Assembly: GCA_045649795.1 (NCBI GenBank)
Contig: JAZRQM010000081.1
Span: forward strand, 38,895-102,894
Direction of reading: 5' to 3'
From: Candidatus Cryptobacteroides sp.
GTDB taxonomy: Bacteria > Bacteroidota > Bacteroidia > Bacteroidales > UBA932
Length of the DNA: 64,000 nt
Numbering within the stretch: position 1 is the stretch's first letter; each line of letters opens with the position of its first letter. A program made the translations under genes and the position numbers. Under the pieces are notes generated by a model, which was not told where the DNA came from, did no database searches, and was given only the letters and a program-made list of their open reading frames with translations. Of this stretch, positions 9,810 through 17,892 are shown one piece after another.

Positions 9810-9928
9810 AAAAAAAATGAGACTTCGCCGCTCACGCGGGGACGCCTCATACTAACCACATAATTAATAACACTAAAACTAATAACCAATAAGTTGTGAG
9901 AGTTACAGAAGAACTCTCTGATCAACTC
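9810..9928 (-). ncRNA. Candidate trans-acting small RNA (~120 nt)
   Basis: Own TACCTTTG promoter (9934-9941); 5' hairpin GAGUUG-AUCA-GAGAGUU-loop-AACUCUC-A-CAACUU starting at the predicted TSS; 40-nt U-rich core; terminator AUGAGGC..CCGC-GUGA-GCGG..GUCUCAU plus U-tract. No credible ORF. Confidence 0.72.
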
Positions 9929-9933
9929 GATTG

Positions 9934-9941
9934 CAAAGGTA
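9934..9941 (-). promoter_or_regulatory. -7 promoter element of the candidate sRNA
   Basis: TACCTTTG on the minus strand. Confidence 0.7.
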
Positions 9942-9982
9942 CTGCTTTTTAGCATATTAGCAATAACCGTTCCATTCAAGTC

Positions 9983-10031
9983 CGACGAATGGTAAGATTT
10001 GCATTACGAACCATGGAAAATGGGCGACGAA
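9983..10031 (-). promoter_or_regulatory. Three direct repeats with exact 21-bp period (LytTR-type operator candidate)
   Basis: + strand CGACGAA (9983), TTACGAA (10004), CGACGAA (10025); the ACGAA core falls at 9985/10006/10027, upstream of the sRNA promoter. Confidence 0.6.
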
Positions 10032-10042
10032 CTGCTATCTCA

Positions 10043-10954
10043 TTAAAATATAGATTCTTGCGTAGCCGATGTCAGCAGCTCCAATGCTTTCATTCCCATG
10101 ACTGAATTGCCTTTCAGGTTGAGTCTCGGACTCCAGACAGCAACTGCGTAACGCATTGGATATATGGCAACTATGCCTCCGCCGACGCCGCTCTTTCCCG
10201 GCAATCCGACCAGATATGAGAACTCACCGGCCTCATCATAGAATCCGCATGTCTGCATTACGGCATTCATTCTCTTGATTTGAGAAGATGTCAGCTTATA
10301 TCCGGCATGATCGAACGGTACCGCATTGGTAAACGATAGAAAAGCATCAGCAAGTTCACGGCAGCTCATCTCTATAGAACACATCTTGAAATAGAACATC
10401 AGGACATCCTCGATATCGTTCTCTATGGTTCCATGATATTTAAGCATATTTGCTATCGCCGCATTAAGATACCCTTTCTCTCGTTCCGACAAGGCAACGT
10501 CGACATTATAGTCTATCGTCTCGTTACCGCTGACACTGCGGACGAATGAAAGAAACTCGTTTTCCGGATCTTCAAGATCTGTCATCAAGATATCCGCCAT
10601 TACGATTGCCCCTGCATTTATGAAAGGATTCCTTGGAATTCCCTTCTCGACCTCAAGCTGGACAAGAGAATTGAAAGCTGTACCTGAAGGCTCCTTACCG
10701 ACATGCTTCCAAAGTTCTTCTCCCCTGAGTGACAAGCACATAGCCAGTGCAAAGACCTTGGTTATACTCTGTATCGAAAATCTGGTATCTGCCTGCATGA
10801 ACGGATATACCTCTCCATTGACAGTCTCGAGGCACATTCCGAACTGATCCGGATCGACCTTTGCCAAAGCAGGGATATAATCTGCCTGACGACCTTCTTT
10901 GCTGTATGGAAGTATCTCCTGATAGATGTCTTCCAATATCTTCCTGTAATCCAT
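10043..10954 (-). CDS. glsA: Glutaminase
   Basis: ADYIPALAKVDP, FSIQSITKVF (SxxK), EPSGTAFNS, NPFINAGA, PGKSGVGGGI. Start at MDYRKIL. Confidence 0.95.
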   Translation of the reverse strand: MDYRKILEDIYQEILPYSKEGRQADYIPALAKVDPDQFGMCLETVNGEVYPFMQADTRFSIQSITKVFALAMCLSLRGEELWKHVGKEPSGTAFNSLVQLEVEKGIPRNPFINAGAIVMADILMTDLEDPENEFLSFVRSVSGNETIDYNVDVALSEREKGYLNAAIANMLKYHGTIENDIEDVLMFYFKMCSIEMSCRELADAFLSFTNAVPFDHAGYKLTSSQIKRMNAVMQTCGFYDEAGEFSYLVGLPGKSGVGGGIVAIYPMRYAVAVWSPRLNLKGNSVMGMKALELLTSATQESIF

Positions 10955-11061
10955 ATGATGATGATAATTCATGCAAATATAACGAAAGTCTTGTTTCCGA
11001 TCTGGAATTTCGATATCCAATAAGATAATTTTGTATATTTGCGTAATAAGAAACCTAAACC

Positions 11062-11832
11062 ATGAGAATCAGAACCCTATCCTTACTGTCAATCATCGCA
11101 TGCACTTTAGCTTCATGCAATTCTGGACAGAACACTTATGAAATATACCCTGTACAGGACAACCTGTCGCCAAGGTTGATGGGCAGAGCCCTATTCCCGG
11201 AAGCGCCGGACAGCCTTATTACCGAACTTGGTCTTGAAGAGGGAATCCCGGCCTCAGTATGTGCCTTTCTTGTTAAGACCGACGGCAAGGAAATCCTTTT
11301 CGATGCTGCCAACGGAGCACCTGACTCACAGCTTCCTACGGTACTTGGACAAATAGGATTATCTCATGCAGATATCGATTGCATCTTTATTACCCATATG
11401 CACGGAGATCATGTCGGAGGACTCCTGAATAACGGAGAAGCAGCATTCCCTGGTGCCGACCTATATATCAATAAGGTTGAATACGACGCATGGATGGCCA
11501 TGGAAGGACAGGCCCAATCTCTCAAGAGAATATCAGATGCATATGGCGACCGCCTCAAGACATTTGACATCGGAGATGAGCTTCCATATGGAATCAAAGC
11601 CGTAGAAGCTTATGGACATACTCCGGGACATACCGCATACCGTATGGGTGACATTCTTGTGGCAGGCGACGTGATGCACGGAACAGCCCTTCAGACAAGA
11701 TATCCACAGTACAGTGCGGGATTTGACATGGATAAGGAAATGTCCGTGAAGACACGCAAGGCAATCATAAAGATGGCAGAGGAAGGAGTCAAGGTATACG
11801 GAATGCACTTCCCTGCCCCTTATCACCTTTAA
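11062..11832 (+). CDS. MBL-fold metallo-hydrolase lipoprotein (lactonase/organophosphate hydrolase-like)
   Basis: Lipobox LASC, THMHGDHVGG, GHTPGH, GDVMH, GMHFP. Confidence 0.85.
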   Translation: MRIRTLSLLSIIACTLASCNSGQNTYEIYPVQDNLSPRLMGRALFPEAPDSLITELGLEEGIPASVCAFLVKTDGKEILFDAANGAPDSQLPTVLGQIGLSHADIDCIFITHMHGDHVGGLLNNGEAAFPGADLYINKVEYDAWMAMEGQAQSLKRISDAYGDRLKTFDIGDELPYGIKAVEAYGHTPGHTAYRMGDILVAGDVMHGTALQTRYPQYSAGFDMDKEMSVKTRKAIIKMAEEGVKVYGMHFPAPYHL

Positions 11833-11858
11833 TAGAAAAACATTTAACTACATAATAC

Positions 11859-12743
11859 ATGAAAAAGCAGATAATCATGCTGTTCGCAGCATTGAGCCTT
11901 GGAAGCGCAGCGCTTTCAGCACAGACAGTCAACGCAGTTGAAGAGGGAAAGTACGACATCAAGGTCGGAGACATCACAATGACCGTGAATGCGGCCCAGG
12001 GTGGCAAGATCGTGTCATACAGACTTGGGGACAAAGAAGTTCTTTCACAGACCCGTTTTCCTAATTCTTTCGGAAGCACATTCTGGACAAGCCCTCAGTC
12101 TGAGTGGAATTGGCCTCCTGTAGCGGAGTATGACAGAAAGCCGTTTGCAGCAGAGGTTAAGGATGATGTACTCGTTCTTACAGGTGAGAAGTCCGAGCGT
12201 TTCGGCTACAGAGTAAGAAAGGAGTTCAAGGCTGACGCAAAGAACAATTCTATCGCTATAACTTATACAATCGTGAACGAGAGCGGTGAGACACGCAAGG
12301 TTGCTCCATGGGAGATCTCACGCGTTCCTAACGGTGGTATCCTTTTCTTCGACGCAAAGGAAGCGACCCCTGCAAACAACATGAAGGGAATGAATTTCAA
12401 GTTCGAGAAAAAGGCGGCATGGTTCACCCTCGACGAGGACAAGGAGAACAGAAAGATCAACGCAGACGGAAAGGGTTGGCTCGCATTCAGCGACAACGGT
12501 CTTCTCTTCGTAAAGAAGTTCCAGGACCTCAAGGCTGGAGAGGAGGCTCCTGCAGAGGCTGAGATCCAGATCTTCGCTAATCCGGGCAAGACTTTCGTCG
12601 AGATCGAGGAGCAGGGAGCATATACTACTCTCAAGGCAGGCGAGGAGCTCAGCTGGACAGTTACCTGGTATCTCGTGGCTCATGACCTGGAGAACGAGCC
12701 TTCAAAGGCATTGCTGAACCTTGCGAAGAAAACAGCAAAATAA
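11859..12743 (+). CDS. Secreted DUF4380-like (galactose-mutarotase fold) protein
   Basis: Signal peptide; GSTFWTSPQSEWNWPP, APWEISRV, FVEIEEQG. Confidence 0.65.
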   Translation: MKKQIIMLFAALSLGSAALSAQTVNAVEEGKYDIKVGDITMTVNAAQGGKIVSYRLGDKEVLSQTRFPNSFGSTFWTSPQSEWNWPPVAEYDRKPFAAEVKDDVLVLTGEKSERFGYRVRKEFKADAKNNSIAITYTIVNESGETRKVAPWEISRVPNGGILFFDAKEATPANNMKGMNFKFEKKAAWFTLDEDKENRKINADGKGWLAFSDNGLLFVKKFQDLKAGEEAPAEAEIQIFANPGKTFVEIEEQGAYTTLKAGEELSWTVTWYLVAHDLENEPSKALLNLAKKTAK

Positions 12744-12773
12744 TCTGACACTCATTAACTTAAACTATCAGAG

Positions 12774-13748
12774 ATGTTCAAAGTAGGTATTATCGGAGCC
12801 GGATGGATTGCCAACAAGATGGCTGAAGCACTTGCTCCGTCAAAAGAGATGTGCGTTTACGCAATTGCCTCAAGATCAATTGAAAAGGCGGAAGAATTCG
12901 CTAAAGAATGGAATATTGAGAAGGCATACGGCAGTTATGAGGAAATGGTCGCAGATCCGAATGTAGACCTTGTATACGTTGCTACTCCGCATTCACATCA
13001 TTTCCAGCATTCGATGCTCGCTCTTGAGCACGGCAAGCCGGTACTCGTGGAAAAGGCATTCACAGCCAATGCAGAAGAAGCCGAGATCCTGATCCGTACA
13101 GCACGCGAAAAAGGCATCTTCATCACTGAAGCCATATGGACAAGGTACATGCCTCTGTCGCATAAGGTAAAGGAACTGATGGAAAGCGGCATCATCGGAG
13201 AGCCACGCGCAATTACAGCGACTCTTTGCTACATGATGGAGTTCAAGGAGCGTATTCTCAGACCGGACCTTTGCGGAGGCGCGCTGCTTGACCTCGGTGT
13301 TTATGCACTGAACTTCGCAAGAATGTACTTCGGAACAGACATCGTCAGAACTGTCAGCAATGTACATATCGGAGAGACAGGCATGGACATGCATGAGTGC
13401 ATTTCACTCAGTTATGCAGATGGAAAGATGGCGAACCTGCAGGCAGGAGCCCTCTGTCTCAACGACCGCCAGGGCATTGTCAATGGTACAGAAGGCTATA
13501 TCCGCGTTGACAATATCAACTGCCCTGAAGTTGTGGAAGTATACCGCAACTATGAGCTTGTGGAAAGATTCACTAAGCCGGAAGGAATGGTGAACGGATA
13601 TGAATATCAGGTGATAGAGTCTCGCAGATGTATTGAAGAAGGACTTCTTGAGTCCCCTATGATGCCTCATGAAGAAACCATTAACATTATGAAACAGATG
13701 GATGAGCTCCGCAAGGAATGGGGCATAAAGTATCCAATGGACAGATAA
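12774..13748 (+). CDS. Gfo/Idh/MocA-family oxidoreductase
   Basis: GIIGAGWIA, VYVATPHSHH, VLVEKAF, EAIWTRY, GGALLDLGVY. Confidence 0.9.
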   Translation: MFKVGIIGAGWIANKMAEALAPSKEMCVYAIASRSIEKAEEFAKEWNIEKAYGSYEEMVADPNVDLVYVATPHSHHFQHSMLALEHGKPVLVEKAFTANAEEAEILIRTAREKGIFITEAIWTRYMPLSHKVKELMESGIIGEPRAITATLCYMMEFKERILRPDLCGGALLDLGVYALNFARMYFGTDIVRTVSNVHIGETGMDMHECISLSYADGKMANLQAGALCLNDRQGIVNGTEGYIRVDNINCPEVVEVYRNYELVERFTKPEGMVNGYEYQVIESRRCIEEGLLESPMMPHEETINIMKQMDELRKEWGIKYPMDR

Positions 13749-13776
13749 TCAACTATTTTAAAAACTTAAAGCATTT

Positions 13777-14946
13777 ATGAACAATTTCGTATACGATATC
13801 CCTACAAAGGTATATTTCGGTAAAGACCAGCTTTCAAACCTCGGAGCGGAGCTCAAGAGCTTCGGTAACCGCGTGCTCCTCACATACGGAGGTGGCTCAA
13901 TCAAGCGCATGGGCCTCTATGACAAGGTTGTTGAAGAGATCAAGAAGGCCGGCCTCGAGTTTTTCGAGCTCTCAGGCATCGAGCCTAACCCAAGAATCGG
14001 TTCGGTACGCGAGGGCGTAAGAATCTGCAAGACAGAGAAGATCGACGTCGTGCTTGCTGTCGGCGGCGGTTCGACTCTTGATGCAGCCAAGTTCATGTGC
14101 GCAGGAGCTCATGTAGACCATGATCCATGGGAGTTCTTCGGAGCTGATGCAAAGCCTATCGAGACTGCGCTTCCTCTTGTGACAATCCTTACACTTTCTG
14201 CTACAGGTTCAGAAATGGACACAGCCGGAGTTATCAGCAACCCTGAGACCGAGGACAAACTCGGCCGTCTCGCAGGTCCGATCCGTCCGAGAGTATCATT
14301 CCTCGACCCTACCCTCACCTACTCTGTAAACGCATACCAGACAGCATGCGGTTCTGCAGACATCCTCTCACACCTTATGGAGGTATACTTCGACACAGAG
14401 CAGGGCATGGACATGATCGACGGATTCATGGAGGGAATGCTCAGAGCCGTGATCAAGTACGCTCCTATCGCTATCGCAGAGCCTGACAACTACGAGGCAA
14501 GAGCAAACCTCATGTGGGCATCATCATGGGCAATCAACGGTTTCATCGCATGCGGAAGACAGTGCGACTGGAGCTGCCACCCTATGGAGCATGAGCTTTC
14601 TGCAACATACGACATCACCCACGGACTCGGTCTCGCGATCCTTACTCCAAGATGGCTTGAGTACTGCCTCGACGAGGTAAGACTCCCAAGATACGTACAG
14701 TTCGGAGTGAATGTGTTCGGCATCGACAAGAACCTCGAGCCTATGGAGATCGCAAAGGAGAGCATCAAGCGCCTGTCTGACTTCTTCTTCAAGGATCTCG
14801 GTCTGAAGAGCAACTTCACAGAGATCGGAATCAAGGCTGAGGACTTCGCGATGATGGCTGCAAAGGCATGCCGCGACGGAAACATCAACGGCTTCAAGAC
14901 CCTCTCAGCAGCAGACGTAGAGAAGATCTACGAAATGTGCCTGTAA
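13777..14946 (+). CDS. Iron-containing alcohol dehydrogenase (BdhA/YqhD-like)
   Basis: YGGGSIK, GIEPNP, AVGGGS, TGSEM, HPMEHELSA, HGLGLA. Confidence 0.92.
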   Translation: MNNFVYDIPTKVYFGKDQLSNLGAELKSFGNRVLLTYGGGSIKRMGLYDKVVEEIKKAGLEFFELSGIEPNPRIGSVREGVRICKTEKIDVVLAVGGGSTLDAAKFMCAGAHVDHDPWEFFGADAKPIETALPLVTILTLSATGSEMDTAGVISNPETEDKLGRLAGPIRPRVSFLDPTLTYSVNAYQTACGSADILSHLMEVYFDTEQGMDMIDGFMEGMLRAVIKYAPIAIAEPDNYEARANLMWASSWAINGFIACGRQCDWSCHPMEHELSATYDITHGLGLAILTPRWLEYCLDEVRLPRYVQFGVNVFGIDKNLEPMEIAKESIKRLSDFFFKDLGLKSNFTEIGIKAEDFAMMAAKACRDGNINGFKTLSAADVEKIYEMCL

Positions 14947-14949
14947 AAC

Positions 14950-15450
14950 ATGAGAAGACTGATAATGACAATCCTGGCCTCTGCAGTAATGTGTTTTGCT
15001 GCAGAGGCTCAGTCTAATCTGAAGAAGGTTTATGACGAGAGCATAGATCCGATGACTCAGATTGACAATGCAATCTCCAAGGCTGACAGGGATGGTAAGT
15101 TCGTGATCTGCCAGGTTGGAGGCAACTGGTGCCGCTGGTGCCTGATGTTTGCTGATTTTATTTCAAAAGACAGCGAGATCACAGAACTGATCGACAAGAA
15201 TTTCGAATACATCCACGTCAATTACAATCCTCGCGAAAGAAATGATGAGTCAAAGATGAAAAAGGCCGAGGCTATGCTTGCAAGGCTTGGCAATCCAGGA
15301 CGTTTCGGATATCCTGTATTTGTTGTTCTCGATGGTGACGGAAAGGTAATCCACATCCAGGATTCAAGTCTGCTTGAAGAAGGCAACGGATATAACAAGT
15401 CCAAGGTAATGCGCTTCTTCAGCAACTGGACACCAGAAGCAGTAAAATAA
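14950..15450 (+). CDS. Exported thioredoxin-family protein
   Basis: Signal peptide, GGNWCRWC (CxxC), FGYPVFVVLD. Confidence 0.85.
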   Translation: MRRLIMTILASAVMCFAAEAQSNLKKVYDESIDPMTQIDNAISKADRDGKFVICQVGGNWCRWCLMFADFISKDSEITELIDKNFEYIHVNYNPRERNDESKMKKAEAMLARLGNPGRFGYPVFVVLDGDGKVIHIQDSSLLEEGNGYNKSKVMRFFSNWTPEAVK

Positions 15451-15465
15451 CTATAACATAACAAC

Positions 15466-15924
15466 ATGGAAATCAATCTCAAACAGGTTTACTTCGGAGG
15501 AGTGACACTCCAGATTCCGGAGGTATGGACAGCCGAATGTGAAATGTACGACGAGCCTGACGGACGTCAGTGCGCATGTATCGATGTTACGGCTGAGGAA
15601 GGCGACGTAAGAAGCATCATGATCAGCTACGGCCCTATGCCGGAGGGATCTGACGCCCTTATGGAGGTCAACGGAACATTCGAGGAGTTCGCCGAGGATG
15701 TCGATACAGAAAACGATGAGCCGATCTATACGTGCGAATTCAAGGGCCAGGAGGCATACGGCTTCGACTTCAAGACCGAAGACGGAGCAGCATGCAGCTT
15801 CCTCTGCATCGGTGCTGAAAAGTCTGACGAAACAAAACTCCTCACCGTCCTGACAAGTGCTTCGGACAATGAGGAGCTTGAAAATCTTTTAGCATTCGTC
15901 GAAGAATATATCTCCTTCGAATAA
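15466..15924 (+). CDS. Hypothetical acidic protein
   Basis: 152-aa ORF in operon position with typical codon usage; no motif recognised. Confidence 0.65.
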   Translation: MEINLKQVYFGGVTLQIPEVWTAECEMYDEPDGRQCACIDVTAEEGDVRSIMISYGPMPEGSDALMEVNGTFEEFAEDVDTENDEPIYTCEFKGQEAYGFDFKTEDGAACSFLCIGAEKSDETKLLTVLTSASDNEELENLLAFVEEYISFE

Positions 15925-15928
15925 GCTT

Positions 15929-17875
15929 TTATTTTTCAATTACGATTCCACCGTTACAAGGAATCTCGATCTTTACTTTGCGGTTCTTCTTGATCTTAAG
16001 GTCAGTGACAGAGCCGCAAAGTTCTTTATCATCTGAATAGAGCTTCACGACATCACCCTGCTCGAACATAGGGAGCTCGACCTCGACCTTGAGAGTCTCC
16101 TTCTGAGCATTGATACCGACAACGTACCATGTATCTCCGTGACGACGTGCCATGATCACGTACTTGCCAGGATATCCGTCGATGAACTTCACCTCATCCC
16201 AGAGAGTAGGGACCTTCTTCATGAAATCGATCGCCCATGCAGGTGCGTCTGTAAGGTTGTTCGGAGCGAGAGCGAAGTGCTGAATCGGGCTCTGGAACAT
16301 TACTGCTGTTGCGAGAGCGAAGACGTCAGATGTGCGACGCTGGCTTCCACGAGGAGCATTTCTGGCATTGTAATACTTGTTCAATGCGCTGCCGCCGAAG
16401 TCCATGCTGCCGACTGTGTTACGGATGAACGGATGGATTGTAGCGTTGAATGCCTCGTTGTCACAAGCGCCCTGCGAGAAATTGAGGTTTTCGCTGGCAA
16501 GGACAGCCTCGCTTGATGCGTAGTTAGGATACATTCTCTCCCATCCTCTAGGAAGTGTACATCCGTGGAAGACGCAGAGGATTCCATAATCGTTGGCATC
16601 AGCCATGATGTCCTCATAAAGCTTGATGGTCTCCTGCTTGTCGCCTCCGAAGAAGTCCACCTTGATGCCTCTGATACCGATGCTCTTCATCCATGCCATC
16701 TCGCGGCGACGGGCTATGGTATTGTCCATGATGCCCTTAGGGCTCTGCGGAGCATTGTTCCAATAACCGTTTGAGTTGTACCACAAGAAGATAGCAACGC
16801 CCTTGCTCTTGGCATAAGCGGCGAGGTCAGCAATCTTATCACGGCCGATCTGAGTATCCCAGAGAGCGTCGATAAGGACAGTCTGGTAGCCCATCTCTGC
16901 TGTGAAGTCGATATACTTCTTCTGTACGTCATAGACTGTACTTCCGTCCATTCCGATGATCCAGCTCCATGAACCTGCACCATAGATATAATCCTTAGAA
17001 GCTTCGTAGAGCGGCTCAACAACGTCGAAAGGAACTGTAGTCTCCATGATAGGAGCAAGAGTCGAACCGAGAGTGATGGTTCTCCATGCTGTATAACCAG
17101 GGAGCGGAATACCTGCAAATGCAGAACCGTTACCGTTATTCTCGCCCTCCTGTGGGAATCCGATTGTATAGAGGCCGCCCTCATGTCCAAGGAGACGGCT
17201 TGCGCAATATGCGCTGCTTACGCCTGTCTCAGAGATGAGGATCCATCCCTTGTCCTCGTTTTTGAAGAGGCATGGGAATGTGTAGCCCTCTCCCCAACCG
17301 TTCTTTCCTACAGGCTCATCCAATGTATAACCTGTCTCGTAGCTTGGGTATGTACCTGCAAATCCACCACCCGGCTTTACCTGTGGGCAGAGGAAAGATG
17401 TTGCAGAAGGTGAAAGCTGGAAGCCTGTAGCCTCGCTGAAAATCACGGCCGAACGCTTGTCTCTGTATGGATACATCATGTATCTGAAGGCCACGTCACG
17501 GTCCGATACGCGGAAGATCACGTCAAATACAGGCCTGTCCTCCTTGGCAAATGTGAATACTGCCTCTGTAGCCTTGTAGTCCACCTTACTCTGCTTGATG
17601 GTCTTGACGCTGTACTGCTCCTCAATAAGCTTCGGAGCCTCTTTTTCAGGAAGCAAGGTCATCTCCGACACATACTCGCCCATGCTGGTGTTGAGTCCCA
17701 GAGGCGACGGGAGAATGAATGCGTTTCCGTCATAGTTTACGCTGTAGGTAGGTTTTCCTGCGTTGTCAGTCACAACAACCTGGATCCTGCCGTCAGGGCT
17801 CGTGAAGGATCTCTCCTCAGCAAAGCTCTGGAATGCGGCAAGAAGACACGCCGCTGCAAAAATCATTTTTTTCAT
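15929..17875 (-). CDS. Glycoside hydrolase family 97
   Basis: Signal peptide; SPDGRI N-domain, WSW, IDALWD, GIKVDFF, FHGCTLPRGWERMYPN, GYPGKYVIMARR. Confidence 0.92.
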   Translation of the reverse strand: MKKMIFAAACLLAAFQSFAEERSFTSPDGRIQVVVTDNAGKPTYSVNYDGNAFILPSPLGLNTSMGEYVSEMTLLPEKEAPKLIEEQYSVKTIKQSKVDYKATEAVFTFAKEDRPVFDVIFRVSDRDVAFRYMMYPYRDKRSAVIFSEATGFQLSPSATSFLCPQVKPGGGFAGTYPSYETGYTLDEPVGKNGWGEGYTFPCLFKNEDKGWILISETGVSSAYCASRLLGHEGGLYTIGFPQEGENNGNGSAFAGIPLPGYTAWRTITLGSTLAPIMETTVPFDVVEPLYEASKDYIYGAGSWSWIIGMDGSTVYDVQKKYIDFTAEMGYQTVLIDALWDTQIGRDKIADLAAYAKSKGVAIFLWYNSNGYWNNAPQSPKGIMDNTIARRREMAWMKSIGIRGIKVDFFGGDKQETIKLYEDIMADANDYGILCVFHGCTLPRGWERMYPNYASSEAVLASENLNFSQGACDNEAFNATIHPFIRNTVGSMDFGGSALNKYYNARNAPRGSQRRTSDVFALATAVMFQSPIQHFALAPNNLTDAPAWAIDFMKKVPTLWDEVKFIDGYPGKYVIMARRHGDTWYVVGINAQKETLKVEVELPMFEQGDVVKLYSDDKELCGSVTDLKIKKNRKVKIEIPCNGGIVIEK

Positions 17876-17892
17876 ATTACAATCTGTTTAAG

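Noticed and set aside
9707-9979. 90-aa minus-strand ORF spanning the candidate sRNA
   Set aside because: Starts upstream of the promoter, runs through a terminator and overlaps the phosphatase antisense; no recognisable protein features.
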